From an uncultured Chloroflexia bacterium (GTDB lineage: Bacteria > Chloroflexota > Chloroflexia > QHBQ01 > JADMIH01), in assembly GCA_963797095.1 (NCBI GenBank), contig CAWCNY010000002.1, positions 512,001-576,000 on the forward strand: DNA of 64,000 bases, given 5' to 3'. The notes below the pieces were generated by a model. It made no database searches. It had not been told where the DNA came from and was given only the letters and a program-made list of their open reading frames with translations. Positions 21,701 to 30,794 of this stretch are shown piece after piece (the stretch's first letter is position 1; every line of letters starts with the position of its first letter). Both the position numbers and the translations under genes were made by a program.

Positions 21701-23997
21701 TTACCCCCACCAATACCCTCTACATCTACGACCTCATGACCGACTCCTGGTCGGCGGGCGCTCCCGTCACCCAGGCTCTCGGTGGCGCGGGCGGCGGCGT
21801 GATCAACGGTAGGCTCTCTGTGACCGGCGGGCGCGATGCGAGTAGCAATGGTCGCACAACCAACTACGAGTACAACATCGCTACCAACACCTGGGCCACT
21901 CGCGCAGCGGTCCCGGCGGGCACCAATGCCCCCGGCAGCGCCGTCGCGGGCACCAAACTCTGGATCTTCGGCGGCGGCACGCCGTTCTCCGCCCAGTCCA
22001 GCAGTGTCAAATCAATGGTAGGCAAGGCTCGGGATCCAAAGGCTCCCGATGCCTTCACCACCACCCGTATCTGGGACTCCGAAACCAACACCTGGTCGGT
22101 GGGCCCATCCCTCAATGTTGGCCGCTCCTTTATGGCAAGCGGCAGTGTGCTTAGCTACATTGTCGCTGCGGGCGGCTTCGATGGCGTTACCACCACCAAC
22201 ACAACCGAGGTAGCGATTGCCGGTGGCGTCTGCTCAGGCCCCTCCCCCACTCCCACCTCAACCCTCACTCCTACCGCTTCGCCCACCTGCGTATCCAGCC
22301 CCGCCAACTGGCTTGCGGCTACCGTCTATCCAACCGATATTGAGCGCTATGGCTTCGCACGGGTAGGAACAGTCTTCTATGTGATCGGTGGTGTGTCTGG
22401 CGGCGTCAACGTTAGCAACGTGCGTCGCTACAACTCCGTTGCCAACACATGGACCTCAGTGGCTGCCATGCCGTTCACATCCGAAGCTCCCGCCTGCGCC
22501 TACATGGCAAGCGATCTCAGGATCTACTGCGCTCAAGGCGCTACCGGCACCGGCTTTGCAATCTACAACACCGCTAACAACACCTGGACCTCAGGCCCTG
22601 CCGTTCCGGGCGGCGACCACTACGGCGCTGCTGCCGGTGCCTACAATGGCAAGGTCTACATCGTGGGTGGCGGCACCGCAGGCCCAAGCAACACTGTGCA
22701 GGTGTACGACACAGCCACAGGCATATGGTCAACAGGCACGGCGGCCCCTTCCGCTTACGAGTTGGGTGGCTTCACCCAGGTTGGTCAATACCTGTACGCG
22801 GTTGGCTCCTTCGGGGCTTCCCCTTCAGGTATGCAGGACACCCTGGTGAGAAACGCTGCTGTCAAGTCCCGCACAATCGCGCCCAATGCCAACAGCACCG
22901 ACACTCTCAGGCTCGACCTGTCCACCGGCACCTGGAGCACAGGCCCTGCCTGGGTCCCAGGCAGAGCCGACTTCGCCCTTGCCTATGACCCGGCGGTGAA
23001 CAAACTGTACGCCATCGGCGGCGACGCACCGGGCGGCACCTACTTCGACTCTACCAACTCGGTAGACGAGCTATCCCTGGCAAGCTGGCCTGCCGGCTCC
23101 TGGGCTTCCTCTGCACCTATCCTGCCTTCGGCCAGGCAAGCCAACTCTGCTGGCTTCTACACGACCGGTAGGGGCGGCGGCGAGATCTGGAGTGTAGGCG
23201 GTGTGGACGCGACCACGTTCACTGCCCTTGCAGAAAACCTCTACAGGGTGAACGGCTATCTGTGCCCGACCAGCACACCTACCACCACCAACACGGCCGT
23301 TCCCACCAACACCTTCACTCCTACTAATACCCGCACCCTCACTCCTACTAATACCCGCACAAGCACGTCCACAGCCACAGCCACACCTAGCCCCACGGCC
23401 ACATGTGTTGTGAACCCCAACTACAGCGCGGTACGCACTACAGGAGCCACTATCATTCCTGCTGCAACGCTGGTAGCCGGTTCTCAGTGCTCGGCTTGCG
23501 TGGTCACGGTCAACCTCCCCTTCACCTACAACTTCTACGACCAAAACTACACAAGCGTCAACGTCTCCAACCAGGGCAACCTGCAGTTTGGGAGCAGCAA
23601 CTCTGCTACAGGAGCATGTATCCCAACCACCTCAGCCAGCTACTTGATAGCACCATACTGGGGTAGCTTCGTATCCAACCTCACCCCGGCGATGGGAGTG
23701 TACACCACAGTAACAGGTACCTCACCAAACCGCACCTTCGTAATCGATTGGAAGCTAAAGAGGAGTGCAGACTCGAGGCTGACAACCAGTGAGTTCGAGG
23801 TAGTGCTATACGAAGGGATACCGAGGTTCGACTACATCTACGGGAACGTATCGGACCAGGGTATCAACGAGAGCATCGGAGCACAGGAGTTTACGGGAGT
23901 AGGGTTCCGTTCGGTGTCGTGGTCTTGCAACACTGCCTCTGTGCAGCAAGGAGACCGTCTCACCTTCGACCGGAGAACCTGTTCCATCACACGCTAA
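18769..23997 (+). CDS. Giant secreted protein: RWGDY-type N-terminal domain (as gene 2), beta module, two Kelch propellers (as gene 3), shared C-terminal module
   Basis: Signal peptide, AAAAGGAG RBS, Kelch repeats, Pro/Thr linkers. Confidence 0.9.
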   Translation: MKNRFVQLGLAFAATLLIVAIALFVRDGLNPANNNAGKSSGAASVQNVKPAAPNAGPNIAIPPTGAQPQEKTYPNGARVITDVKHDVSPPLRDIPPSAVVDVQAENENESPFPVPHTKIKDPVVQNFFGPLSMPTPIITFEGITQAQGCGSCLPPDTNGDVGPNHYVQTVNSSFGVWDKSGNIVLSPRPINTLFAGFGAPCQTTNAGDPIDLYDPIADRWLISQFTSSNPFGQCIAISTSPDPTGSYNRYFFQFGTTELYDYPKFGVWPDGYYMTANVFLSQSFQRPAAMVFDRASMLAGLPATVQIFNPGNFYATLLPADLDGSNLPPAGAPNPFVSTTGNINTIHLWRFHVDWTTPANSVLAGPVDIPTAPWDPDLCGGALCIPQPGTVRRLDTLGDHAMFRLQYRNFGDHETLVFNQSVDVDGTDHAGIRWYELRDPNGTPSVYQQGTYAPDATHRWMGSAAMDGDGDIAIGYSVSSTTITPSISYAGRLSTDPLGVLGQGETMMFQGTGSETSTSGRWGDYSAMNVDPSDDCTFWYTNEYLQTTSSASWRTRIGSFKFPGCGSTTPTPTDTGTPPTATDTPTPVPTATTVPASCANYNVAIDSGTWVSATTLVGLQCDDCAAPINLPFPVKLYDQTYNSAVVSSNGVLEFGSGDYAFGNACLPASIYDHAIAVFWDDLIFTNPGEGVYSSTSGTAPNRSFLLEWRGRSIGISPNASVDFAIMMHENSANFELLYTASTAGLTRSATIGVQRNMLYYTQYSCNVAFVTPRLKLDFTIADCPTNTPTPTNTPTSTSTRTPTLTRTSTNTATGTPPTSTATQTATNTATATPTCIGGYSTPVPWAVVAPAPADVLGAGGAGSASNFYMGGGYSLSSFSYTNQFGSYNPTADTWTALANVPNTGEGLSFVYSPLNNKIYAFGGANCDTSTVYATTRIYDIATNTWTTGAPMPTALHGMDAGYYDGKVYLAGGFTSCAVTPTNTLYIYDLMTDSWSAGAPVTQALGGAGGGVINGRLSVTGGRDASSNGRTTNYEYNIATNTWATRAAVPAGTNAPGSAVAGTKLWIFGGGTPFSAQSSSVKSMVGKARDPKAPDAFTTTRIWDSETNTWSVGPSLNVGRSFMASGSVLSYIVAAGGFDGVTTTNTTEVAIAGGVCSGPSPTPTSTLTPTASPTCVSSPANWLAATVYPTDIERYGFARVGTVFYVIGGVSGGVNVSNVRRYNSVANTWTSVAAMPFTSEAPACAYMASDLRIYCAQGATGTGFAIYNTANNTWTSGPAVPGGDHYGAAAGAYNGKVYIVGGGTAGPSNTVQVYDTATGIWSTGTAAPSAYELGGFTQVGQYLYAVGSFGASPSGMQDTLVRNAAVKSRTIAPNANSTDTLRLDLSTGTWSTGPAWVPGRADFALAYDPAVNKLYAIGGDAPGGTYFDSTNSVDELSLASWPAGSWASSAPILPSARQANSAGFYTTGRGGGEIWSVGGVDATTFTALAENLYRVNGYLCPTSTPTTTNTAVPTNTFTPTNTRTLTPTNTRTSTSTATATPSPTATCVVNPNYSAVRTTGATIIPAATLVAGSQCSACVVTVNLPFTYNFYDQNYTSVNVSNQGNLQFGSSNSATGACIPTTSASYLIAPYWGSFVSNLTPAMGVYTTVTGTSPNRTFVIDWKLKRSADSRLTTSEFEVVLYEGIPRFDYIYGNVSDQGINESIGAQEFTGVGFRSVSWSCNTASVQQGDRLTFDRRTCSITR

Positions 23998-24026
23998 CAG
24001 GTGCTAGCGACTCTGGCCTTCGGGTA

Positions 24027-24220
24027 ACAAACATGGGTCATCCCGAATTTTAGATTCAGCTTTGCAGGCGTGCAATCTGGTTCTAAAACAAGCAAAATGG
24101 CGGCGAAGCCGCCATTTTGCTTGTTTTAGAAAGCCTCTCCCCAAATTTCGGGGAGGAGTCTTTGGTCGTTCCCAATCTGTTGTACGCACGAATCTAAAAT
24201 TCGGGATGACCCATGTTTGT
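24027..24220. mobile_element. 194-bp nested inverted-repeat element (MITE/REPIN-like)
   Basis: Perfect 31-bp terminal IRs (24027-24057, 24190-24220) enclosing a perfect 24-bp palindrome (24081-24131) and a small CTCCCC/GGGGAG hairpin. Confidence 0.6.
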
Positions 24221-24294
24221 CATCCTCCATCACCTCGGCGGCTTTTCGTTTATACTGAAGATCGCCACTCTCATCTCGAAGGCAAGGACTGAGC

Positions 24295-25941
24295 ATGGAC
24301 AACACACCCCCTCCATACCCCGATTTACTCCCCTCAATCGACTTCTCCGCCAACCCCTACAACACCCGCCGAAGCGTCCTGATGGCTCGCCGTGGCGTTG
24401 TTGCCACCAGCCAACCGCTCGCCGTCCAGGCCGGGATCGAAATGCTGCGGCGGGGTGGCAACGCGGTCGATGCCGCTATCGCCACCGCGGCGGCCCTTAC
24501 AGTCGTCGAGCCTACCTCCAATGGCATTGGTTCTGATGCCTTCGCCCTCGTATGGGACGGCAAGCACCTCCACGGTCTCAACGGCTCCGGTCGCGCTCCC
24601 CTGGCCCATTCCCTCTCGCGCCTCCTCGACGCCGGGCACAGCGAAATGCCCGCCTTCGGTTGGCTTCCCGTCACCGTTCCGGGCGCACCCGCTGCCTGGC
24701 GCGACCTCCACGCCCGCCTCGGCAAGCTCCCGTTCGCGACCCTCTTCGAGCCTGCCATCGACTACGCCGAGCGCGGCTACCCTCTATCCCCTGTACTCGC
24801 CGCTTCCTGGGCAGTGGCCGCCAGCCGCTACTCCCAAATGGACGGCCCTGAGTTCGCGGGCTGGATGCCCACCTTCGCCCCCGGTGGCCACGCCCCCCGC
24901 GCAGGCGAAATCTGGTCCAGCCCCGGCCATGCCGCCACTCTCCGACGCATCGCCCAAACTAACTCCGAAGACTTCTACCGGGGCGATACCGCCACCGCCG
25001 TCCTGCGATTCTCCGAAGCCACAGGCGGCCTCCTTGTAGCAGATGATCTCTCCAACCACACCAGCACCTGGGTAGACCCCATCTCCACGAATTACAGGGG
25101 CTATGATGTATGGGAGATACCGCCCAACGGCCAGGGCATCACCGCCCTCATCGCGCTCAACATCCTTGAAGGCTTCGACATCTCCACCCTCAAGCGCGAT
25201 AGCGCCCGATCCTTCCACCTCGGCATCGAGGCCATCAAGCTCGCCTTCGCCGACGCCCAACTCTATGTCGCCGATCCCGACCACGAAGATGTGCCTGTCT
25301 CTCGCCTCCTCGACAAATCCTACGCTGCCCGACGCCGCGCCCTCATCGGCGACCGCGCCCTCACCCCCGCCCCAGGCGACCCCAACTCAGGAGGCACCGT
25401 CTACCTTTGCACAGCCGACGGCGACGGCATGATGGTCTCCTTTATCCAATCCAACTACATGGGTTTCGGATCAGGCGTCGTAGTCCCCAATACCGGCATC
25501 TCCCTCCAGAACCGGGGTGCCAACTTCAGCCTCGACCCGGACCACCCCAACCGCCTCCACCCTGGCAAGCGCCCCTACCACACCATCATCCCCTCGTTCC
25601 TCACCCGCGAAGGCCAACCCGTCGGCCCCTTCGGCGTCATGGGCGGCTTCATGCAGCCCCAGGGCCATCTCCAGATGGTCGTCAACATCATCGACTATGC
25701 CATGAACCCCCAGGCCAGCCTCGATGCTCCCCGTTGGCAGTGGGCCTCCGGCAAAACGGTCCAGGTCGAGTCCGACGCAGATCCCCAGGTCATATCCAGC
25801 TTACGCGCTATGGGCCACGATATCCAGGTGCAGGAGCCGAGTGGCGGCTTCGGCAGAGGCCAGATCATCTGGCGTCTCCCCTCAGGGGCCTACGCGGCGG
25901 GCAGCGACAAACGCGCCGATGGTTACGCCGCCGGAATATAA
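24295..25941 (+). CDS. ggt: Gamma-glutamyltransferase family protein (Ntn hydrolase)
   Basis: GGNAVDAAIA, GGTVYL nucleophile Thr, LQNRG, PGKRPYHTIIP, GVMGGFMQPQGH, D.R.DG. Confidence 0.92.
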   Translation: MDNTPPPYPDLLPSIDFSANPYNTRRSVLMARRGVVATSQPLAVQAGIEMLRRGGNAVDAAIATAAALTVVEPTSNGIGSDAFALVWDGKHLHGLNGSGRAPLAHSLSRLLDAGHSEMPAFGWLPVTVPGAPAAWRDLHARLGKLPFATLFEPAIDYAERGYPLSPVLAASWAVAASRYSQMDGPEFAGWMPTFAPGGHAPRAGEIWSSPGHAATLRRIAQTNSEDFYRGDTATAVLRFSEATGGLLVADDLSNHTSTWVDPISTNYRGYDVWEIPPNGQGITALIALNILEGFDISTLKRDSARSFHLGIEAIKLAFADAQLYVADPDHEDVPVSRLLDKSYAARRRALIGDRALTPAPGDPNSGGTVYLCTADGDGMMVSFIQSNYMGFGSGVVVPNTGISLQNRGANFSLDPDHPNRLHPGKRPYHTIIPSFLTREGQPVGPFGVMGGFMQPQGHLQMVVNIIDYAMNPQASLDAPRWQWASGKTVQVESDADPQVISSLRAMGHDIQVQEPSGGFGRGQIIWRLPSGAYAAGSDKRADGYAAGI

Positions 25942-25962
25942 CTCACTTCAATAGGAGCAACC

Positions 25963-26559
25963 ATGCGCCAGCGCACAGTAGGTATCCTCATATTCGATGA
26001 CGTTGAAGTGCTGGACTTTTGTGGCCCGTTTGAGGTCTTTGCCACCACAACTTTGCCCGACAGTGACGACAAGCCCTTCCGCGTCCTCACCATAGCCGAG
26101 CGCTCCAACATCGTCACCTGCTGGGGCGGCCTTCTCGTCCAGCCCAACGGCACAATCGAAGACCACCCGCCCCTCGACATCCTCCTCGTCCCAGGCGGGC
26201 AAGGCACCCGTCGCGAAGTCAACAACCCGCGCCTCCTCGATTGGATTGCCGAGCAAGATCGCTCTACCGAGCTAACTACCTCGGTCTGCACTGGCGCATT
26301 CATGCTTGCTGCTCGCGGCCTCCTCGATGACCTTCCTGCCACCACCCACTGGGGCAGCGTAGATCGCCTGCGCGAAACCCACCGCTCCACCACCGTCTTT
26401 GACAATGTTCGCTACGTGGACAACGGCCATATCCTGACCTCGGCAGGCGTATCGGCGGGCATCGACATGTCCCTCCACATAATAGCCCGTCTCCTGGGCG
26501 ACGAAGTGGCCGCCAACACCGCCCGCCGCATGGAATACACCGGGCAGTGGCAATTATGA
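25963..26559 (+). CDS. DJ-1/PfpI family protein
   Basis: EVLDFCGPFEVF, VPGG, SVCTGA, ATTHW, TSAGVSAGID. Confidence 0.92.
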   Translation: MRQRTVGILIFDDVEVLDFCGPFEVFATTTLPDSDDKPFRVLTIAERSNIVTCWGGLLVQPNGTIEDHPPLDILLVPGGQGTRREVNNPRLLDWIAEQDRSTELTTSVCTGAFMLAARGLLDDLPATTHWGSVDRLRETHRSTTVFDNVRYVDNGHILTSAGVSAGIDMSLHIIARLLGDEVAANTARRMEYTGQWQL

Positions 26560-26666
26560 ACAAACGGTTAAGATTTGCGAACGTTTTCCTGAATTATCGG
26601 CAGCCGCTAATTATTACGTGGTATAATGTGCCATAGTCGCGCTACGCCGTGAAAGGAGAAAAGGCC

Positions 26667-26891
26667 ATGAATCTTGGGCCTACAGAACTAATCGTAATTC
26701 TAGTAATTGTATTGATCGTATTCGGAGCCGGTAGGCTCCCACAGGTGTTCAGCTCCCTGGGCAAAGGTGTCCGCGAGTTCCGCGAGGCATCCGAGGGCAA
26801 AGATACACCCGAAACACCCGCCTCCCCACCTCCAGCCCCCACCGTCACAAGCACGCCCCCTACCACCCAGGAACAAACCAAACAGCCCTAA
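26667..26891 (+). CDS. tatA: Twin-arginine translocase TatA/E subunit
   Basis: [23 protein letters not shown]...LGKGVREFR; AAAGGAG RBS; extended -10 TGgTATAAT at 26619-26627. Confidence 0.93.
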   Translation: MNLGPTELIVILVIVLIVFGAGRLPQVFSSLGKGVREFREASEGKDTPETPASPPPAPTVTSTPPTTQEQTKQP

Positions 26892-26951
26892 CAATCACAA
26901 GTAACGAGTGACGGGTGACAGTGCTCCCAGTTTCACCTACCAAACCAGGAA

Positions 26952-28031
26952 CTAAGAACTAGGAACTTCGTCCTTCCCCATCATCCCCAAACATGCCTCC
27001 AGCACCCGCTCCGGCCTGATAGCCGCTAGCGCTGGACACATCAGGCACATGATCCACTCGGCCAGCGTGATCCCCCCCACCAGGGGGAACCGGCAGGCAC
27101 ACACCAGCGGCGACCCCACCACCGCATAATCCACACCCTCTTTCCCACCTGGCACCCATGGGTGATAGCTGCGTGGGTCTGTAGGCCCATAGATCCCTAC
27201 CACCCTGGTGCCCGTAGCAGCCGCTATATGCAGCGGGCTTGAATCGTTTCCCACAAATAGCGCGCACTTCCTGATAAGTGCCGCCGTCTCCCCCAACGTC
27301 GTCTGCCCCGTAGCATTGATCACGTGGGCCTGCGTTCGTGCCGAGATCTGGGCTGCCAGGGGCGCATCCTCTTTTCCGCCCATCAGCAATATCCTGACCG
27401 CGCCCCCCATCCTCTCATGTAGCCCGCTGGCTACCTTCGCGAATCGCTCTGGCCCCCACTGCTTGTGCCCCCACAGCCCCTCGCCTCCTGGGTGTATCCC
27501 CACCAGCATCTCCCCAGGCTCAACTCTGTACCTATCCAGCCAGCTTTGGGCGCGCATCTCCTCTTCTTCCGTCGGGCAAATGCGCAGCCCCATCTCTCCC
27601 TCCCCGATCTCCACCCCCAGGCGGCGCACCGCGTCGTTGTAATGCTCGACCGCGTGCTTCTTTCGCCATTCCCTCCCCGCCCCAGGAATCAGCCACCACA
27701 TGCGCGGCAGATTCATCTCCGACCTGCGCCGGATGCCGCTCACCCATGTAACCCACCACGCGTAATTGCAGAACTCCACAGCCAGGTCGAACCGTGCCCT
27801 GCGTAGTGTCCAGAAGAGCTTTAGCACCTGCCTCAACCCCGGCCATGTCTGGCGGGTAGGCCAGTACATCAGATTATCTATATCGGAGTTAGAGCGCAAA
27901 ATACCCGCGTTCGTAGGATACACCAGCGCCGTTATCTCGGCGTGTGGGTAGCGCCCCCGAAGCGCACGTATTGCAGGCGTGGCAAATAATGTGTCCCCAA
28001 TAGGAAGGAGCAAAAGCAGCAAGATGCGCAT
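26952..28031 (-). CDS. Glycosyltransferase family 9 (heptosyltransferase-like)
   Basis: IGDTLFATPAIRALR, HPGG...KQW, GNDSSPLHIAAA, IYGPT. Confidence 0.9.
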   Translation of the reverse strand: MRILLLLLLPIGDTLFATPAIRALRGRYPHAEITALVYPTNAGILRSNSDIDNLMYWPTRQTWPGLRQVLKLFWTLRRARFDLAVEFCNYAWWVTWVSGIRRRSEMNLPRMWWLIPGAGREWRKKHAVEHYNDAVRRLGVEIGEGEMGLRICPTEEEEMRAQSWLDRYRVEPGEMLVGIHPGGEGLWGHKQWGPERFAKVASGLHERMGGAVRILLMGGKEDAPLAAQISARTQAHVINATGQTTLGETAALIRKCALFVGNDSSPLHIAAATGTRVVGIYGPTDPRSYHPWVPGGKEGVDYAVVGSPLVCACRFPLVGGITLAEWIMCLMCPALAAIRPERVLEACLGMMGKDEVPSS

Positions 28032-28106
28032 TTGCTCCTATCATACATGACCCCTGTTCAAATGCAAAACAACCTGTGTGTCTGTAGTCCGAACTCTGGA
28101 CTAATC

Positions 28107-28358
28107 TCACCGTTCTTCGCGGAAGAACTCAATAGCCTCGCTGCGTTCCGCTTCCGTCGTCATTACCTCCACGAACGACAGCCTGTGCCACGGGAACATA
28201 AACGACTTTGCGCCGATCGTTACATAAGGGATCGGTTTCCCATCCCGCCGTTTGGGGTTCGTGAACTCAAGGAACTGATCCGTAGGCTTCGGCAACTCCT
28301 CCACCTCCGCCAGGATCGGATCTTCGTTCATCACATGGATGATTACCAGCTTCGCCAT
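28107..28358 (-). CDS. Small hypothetical protein
   Basis: GGAG RBS; protein-like composition; co-oriented between kinase and GT9. Confidence 0.7.
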   Translation of the reverse strand: MAKLVIIHVMNEDPILAEVEELPKPTDQFLEFTNPKRRDGKPIPYVTIGAKSFMFPWHRLSFVEVMTTEAERSEAIEFFREER

Positions 28359-28430
28359 AATTCCTCCGCAATCAGCAAACGGTCCTCAACCGCTTCTTCC
28401 TGACCCCGTCCTTCAACCGGCCAACTCTCA

Positions 28431-30605
28431 CTATACCGCCAGCGCATACAGCTTCCTGTCCAACGATCCCACATACACAATCCCATCATCGATCACAGGC
28501 GACGACACCACAGGGCCTCGCGTCTTATACTTCCATCTTTCCTCTCCGGTGCTGATGTCCAGGCAATATACATAGTTATTCCCTGCCCCGAAGTACACAG
28601 AATCGTTTGCCAGCGACACTCGCGGCGATGACGTTACCTGGCTGCTTGTATCGAAGTTCCAGATCACGCGCCCGCTATGCCCATCAAGACAGTACAAAAA
28701 GCCGTCCGACGATCCGAAGATCACGCGCTCTCCTGCCATCGCGGGCGATGACGATACCGACCTTTGGCACTCGTAGCGCCACGAAGTAAAGCCCGTGTCC
28801 ACGTCCACTGCGTACACATAGTTATCCATCGACCCAACGATCACATTGTTACGCACCACCAGCGGCGTGCTGATGATCGCTCCCAGCGTGTGCAACTTCC
28901 ACCTCAATGTCCCGTTCACCACGTCCAGCGCGTACAGGTTGCCGTCCGACGATCCGATGAACGCCAGTCCCCTCGCGAAAGCCGCTGACGACCGCACGAA
29001 GTTCCATGTCCTGTACTTCCACGCCACCTGCCCGGTATCGGCCTGAATCGCGTAGATATACTGGTCGTCCGACCCGATGTACACCACGTCCTTGTGCACC
29101 TTCGGCGACGAGCGCACCGGGCCGCCGCTCCTGTATGACCACACCTGTGTGCCGCGTCGCGCATCGTAAGCATACATATAGTTGTCTTCCGACCCCACCA
29201 GCAGCAGCTCGCCATACAGCACAGGCGAAGAGCAAATACCCGCCTTCGTAGGCGCTTTCCACAGGAAGTCCCCGCTCTTGGCATTCAGCGCATACATGTT
29301 GGTATCATACGCCCCAAAGAACACCACTCCCCGCTCGCACAAAGGCGACGACCTGACCTCATCGTCGCAGGCAAAGGTCCACAAAAGCTGCGCGCCTGTG
29401 CTTTGCGCTGCGGGTATCGTCGACGATCGGGCAATTGGTGCCACTGCGGTCCCCCGCATATCGGCCGGGGCAACCAGCATCCCGCTCGGCGCGACGCTCA
29501 TCCTTGATGAACCCAGGTTCGGGTCAGATTGCAGGTCCGATAGTGAGCTTGACAGCTTGGGCACCTGTGACGACGGCAGCAGCGAGCTTGTATCGTCGTT
29601 CTCGTCTATCGGCCCCGACTGCCGCTTCCTAAGTTTGGGGTCAAATATGCTGCTCTGCACCAGCGCCTGCCTGAAGGCCATAGCGCTCGGCCACCGCCTG
29701 TCTAAGTCGTACTCGGTCGCCCTCAGAATGATCGACTCGATATACTCCGAAACACGCGAATTGAACTTCCGGATGGGGCGCTCGTGGAATGTGAACGGCG
29801 TTTGCGTGCGCGGATCGAAGTTTGTCAGCAGGTGGTGCATGGTCGCGCCCAGCGCGTAAATATCACCGCGCGGCTCTGCCAACCCCCGGTACTGCTCCGG
29901 TGGCGCATACCCTTCTGTCCCGATCATCGTGCCCCGCTTGTCCGACTGGAACATCTTCGCTATGCCGAAGTCGATCAGCGTCACCTTGCCATCTCCCGCC
30001 ACGATAATATTTGATGGCTTCATGTCGCGGAAAATGATCGGCTGCGGCTGGTGCCCGTGCAAATACTCGAGCACATCGCAAATCTGCACCGCCCACTTGA
30101 CTACCTCATCTTCCTGCATGGCAGCCTTGCGTATATCAAGTTGCGATTCCAGGTCCTTGCCCTCGATATACTCAAGCACAAGGTACACCCTACCGTTCGA
30201 CGGGAAGAAGTCGTATATCTTCGGTATCCCTGGGTGCGAAAGCGTTGCCAGCAGCGCCGCCTCGCGCTCGAACACCGCCAATCTCAACTGGCCTGTGCGT
30301 GGATCGGGCGATGTATCGGGCATCTCCTTGATGGCGCAGTACCGCGCCACCGAATTGAAGCGCAGGTCACGAGCCTTATACACCGTGCTCATGCCGCCTA
30401 TACCCAGCACACTCTCGATGTCATATCGCCCTTGCAGAATAGTATTGCGGGGCAGGGGTGCCGTTCCAGGCATAACCTCTGTATCTAGTGCCCCCTTCTC
30501 CGACTGTATAGGCGCTGGATCGATTGTTGGGGTTTGAGGCTGAACTGTGGGGTCCGTGGCACCTTGGGCTGCCTGCTGTACCCCTTGCAAACGTTTAATG
30601 AGCAT
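28431..30605 (-). CDS. Hanks-type Ser/Thr protein kinase with C-terminal PQQ-like (BamB-type) beta-propeller
   Basis: GIGGMSTVYKA, AIKE, FRDMKPSN, DFG, YAPPE; repeated SSP...GS.D..YA.D..G...W. Confidence 0.95.
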   Translation of the reverse strand: MLIKRLQGVQQAAQGATDPTVQPQTPTIDPAPIQSEKGALDTEVMPGTAPLPRNTILQGRYDIESVLGIGGMSTVYKARDLRFNSVARYCAIKEMPDTSPDPRTGQLRLAVFEREAALLATLSHPGIPKIYDFFPSNGRVYLVLEYIEGKDLESQLDIRKAAMQEDEVVKWAVQICDVLEYLHGHQPQPIIFRDMKPSNIIVAGDGKVTLIDFGIAKMFQSDKRGTMIGTEGYAPPEQYRGLAEPRGDIYALGATMHHLLTNFDPRTQTPFTFHERPIRKFNSRVSEYIESIILRATEYDLDRRWPSAMAFRQALVQSSIFDPKLRKRQSGPIDENDDTSSLLPSSQVPKLSSSLSDLQSDPNLGSSRMSVAPSGMLVAPADMRGTAVAPIARSSTIPAAQSTGAQLLWTFACDDEVRSSPLCERGVVFFGAYDTNMYALNAKSGDFLWKAPTKAGICSSPVLYGELLLVGSEDNYMYAYDARRGTQVWSYRSGGPVRSSPKVHKDVVYIGSDDQYIYAIQADTGQVAWKYRTWNFVRSSAAFARGLAFIGSSDGNLYALDVVNGTLRWKLHTLGAIISTPLVVRNNVIVGSMDNYVYAVDVDTGFTSWRYECQRSVSSSPAMAGERVIFGSSDGFLYCLDGHSGRVIWNFDTSSQVTSSPRVSLANDSVYFGAGNNYVYCLDISTGEERWKYKTRGPVVSSPVIDDGIVYVGSLDRKLYALAV

Positions 30606-30715
30606 GGCGTGGTTCTCCCGATAGAATTCTGGTACTACCTCGATTATAGGCGGGTAGTATTAGCCATTGGAATAGACCATTTGTACCGCCCCACACGATA
30701 CCTTTGGGCGACCTC

Positions 30716-30744
30716 TTGACCTCCCACCCAGCCTCTGGTAATAT
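30716..30744 (+). promoter_or_regulatory. Probable sigma70 promoter
   Basis: TTGACC-17 bp-TAATAT with extended TG. Confidence 0.5.
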
Positions 30745-30794
30745 TTACACAACGCAGGCGCCCGCACCCACCATTCCCAATCTTCCCAGGTAAG

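Noticed and set aside
3617-23975. Near-identical module pairs as DGR template/variable repeats
   Set aside because: No reverse transcriptase in the window, both copies are coding, and the few mismatches are not an adenine-specific pattern
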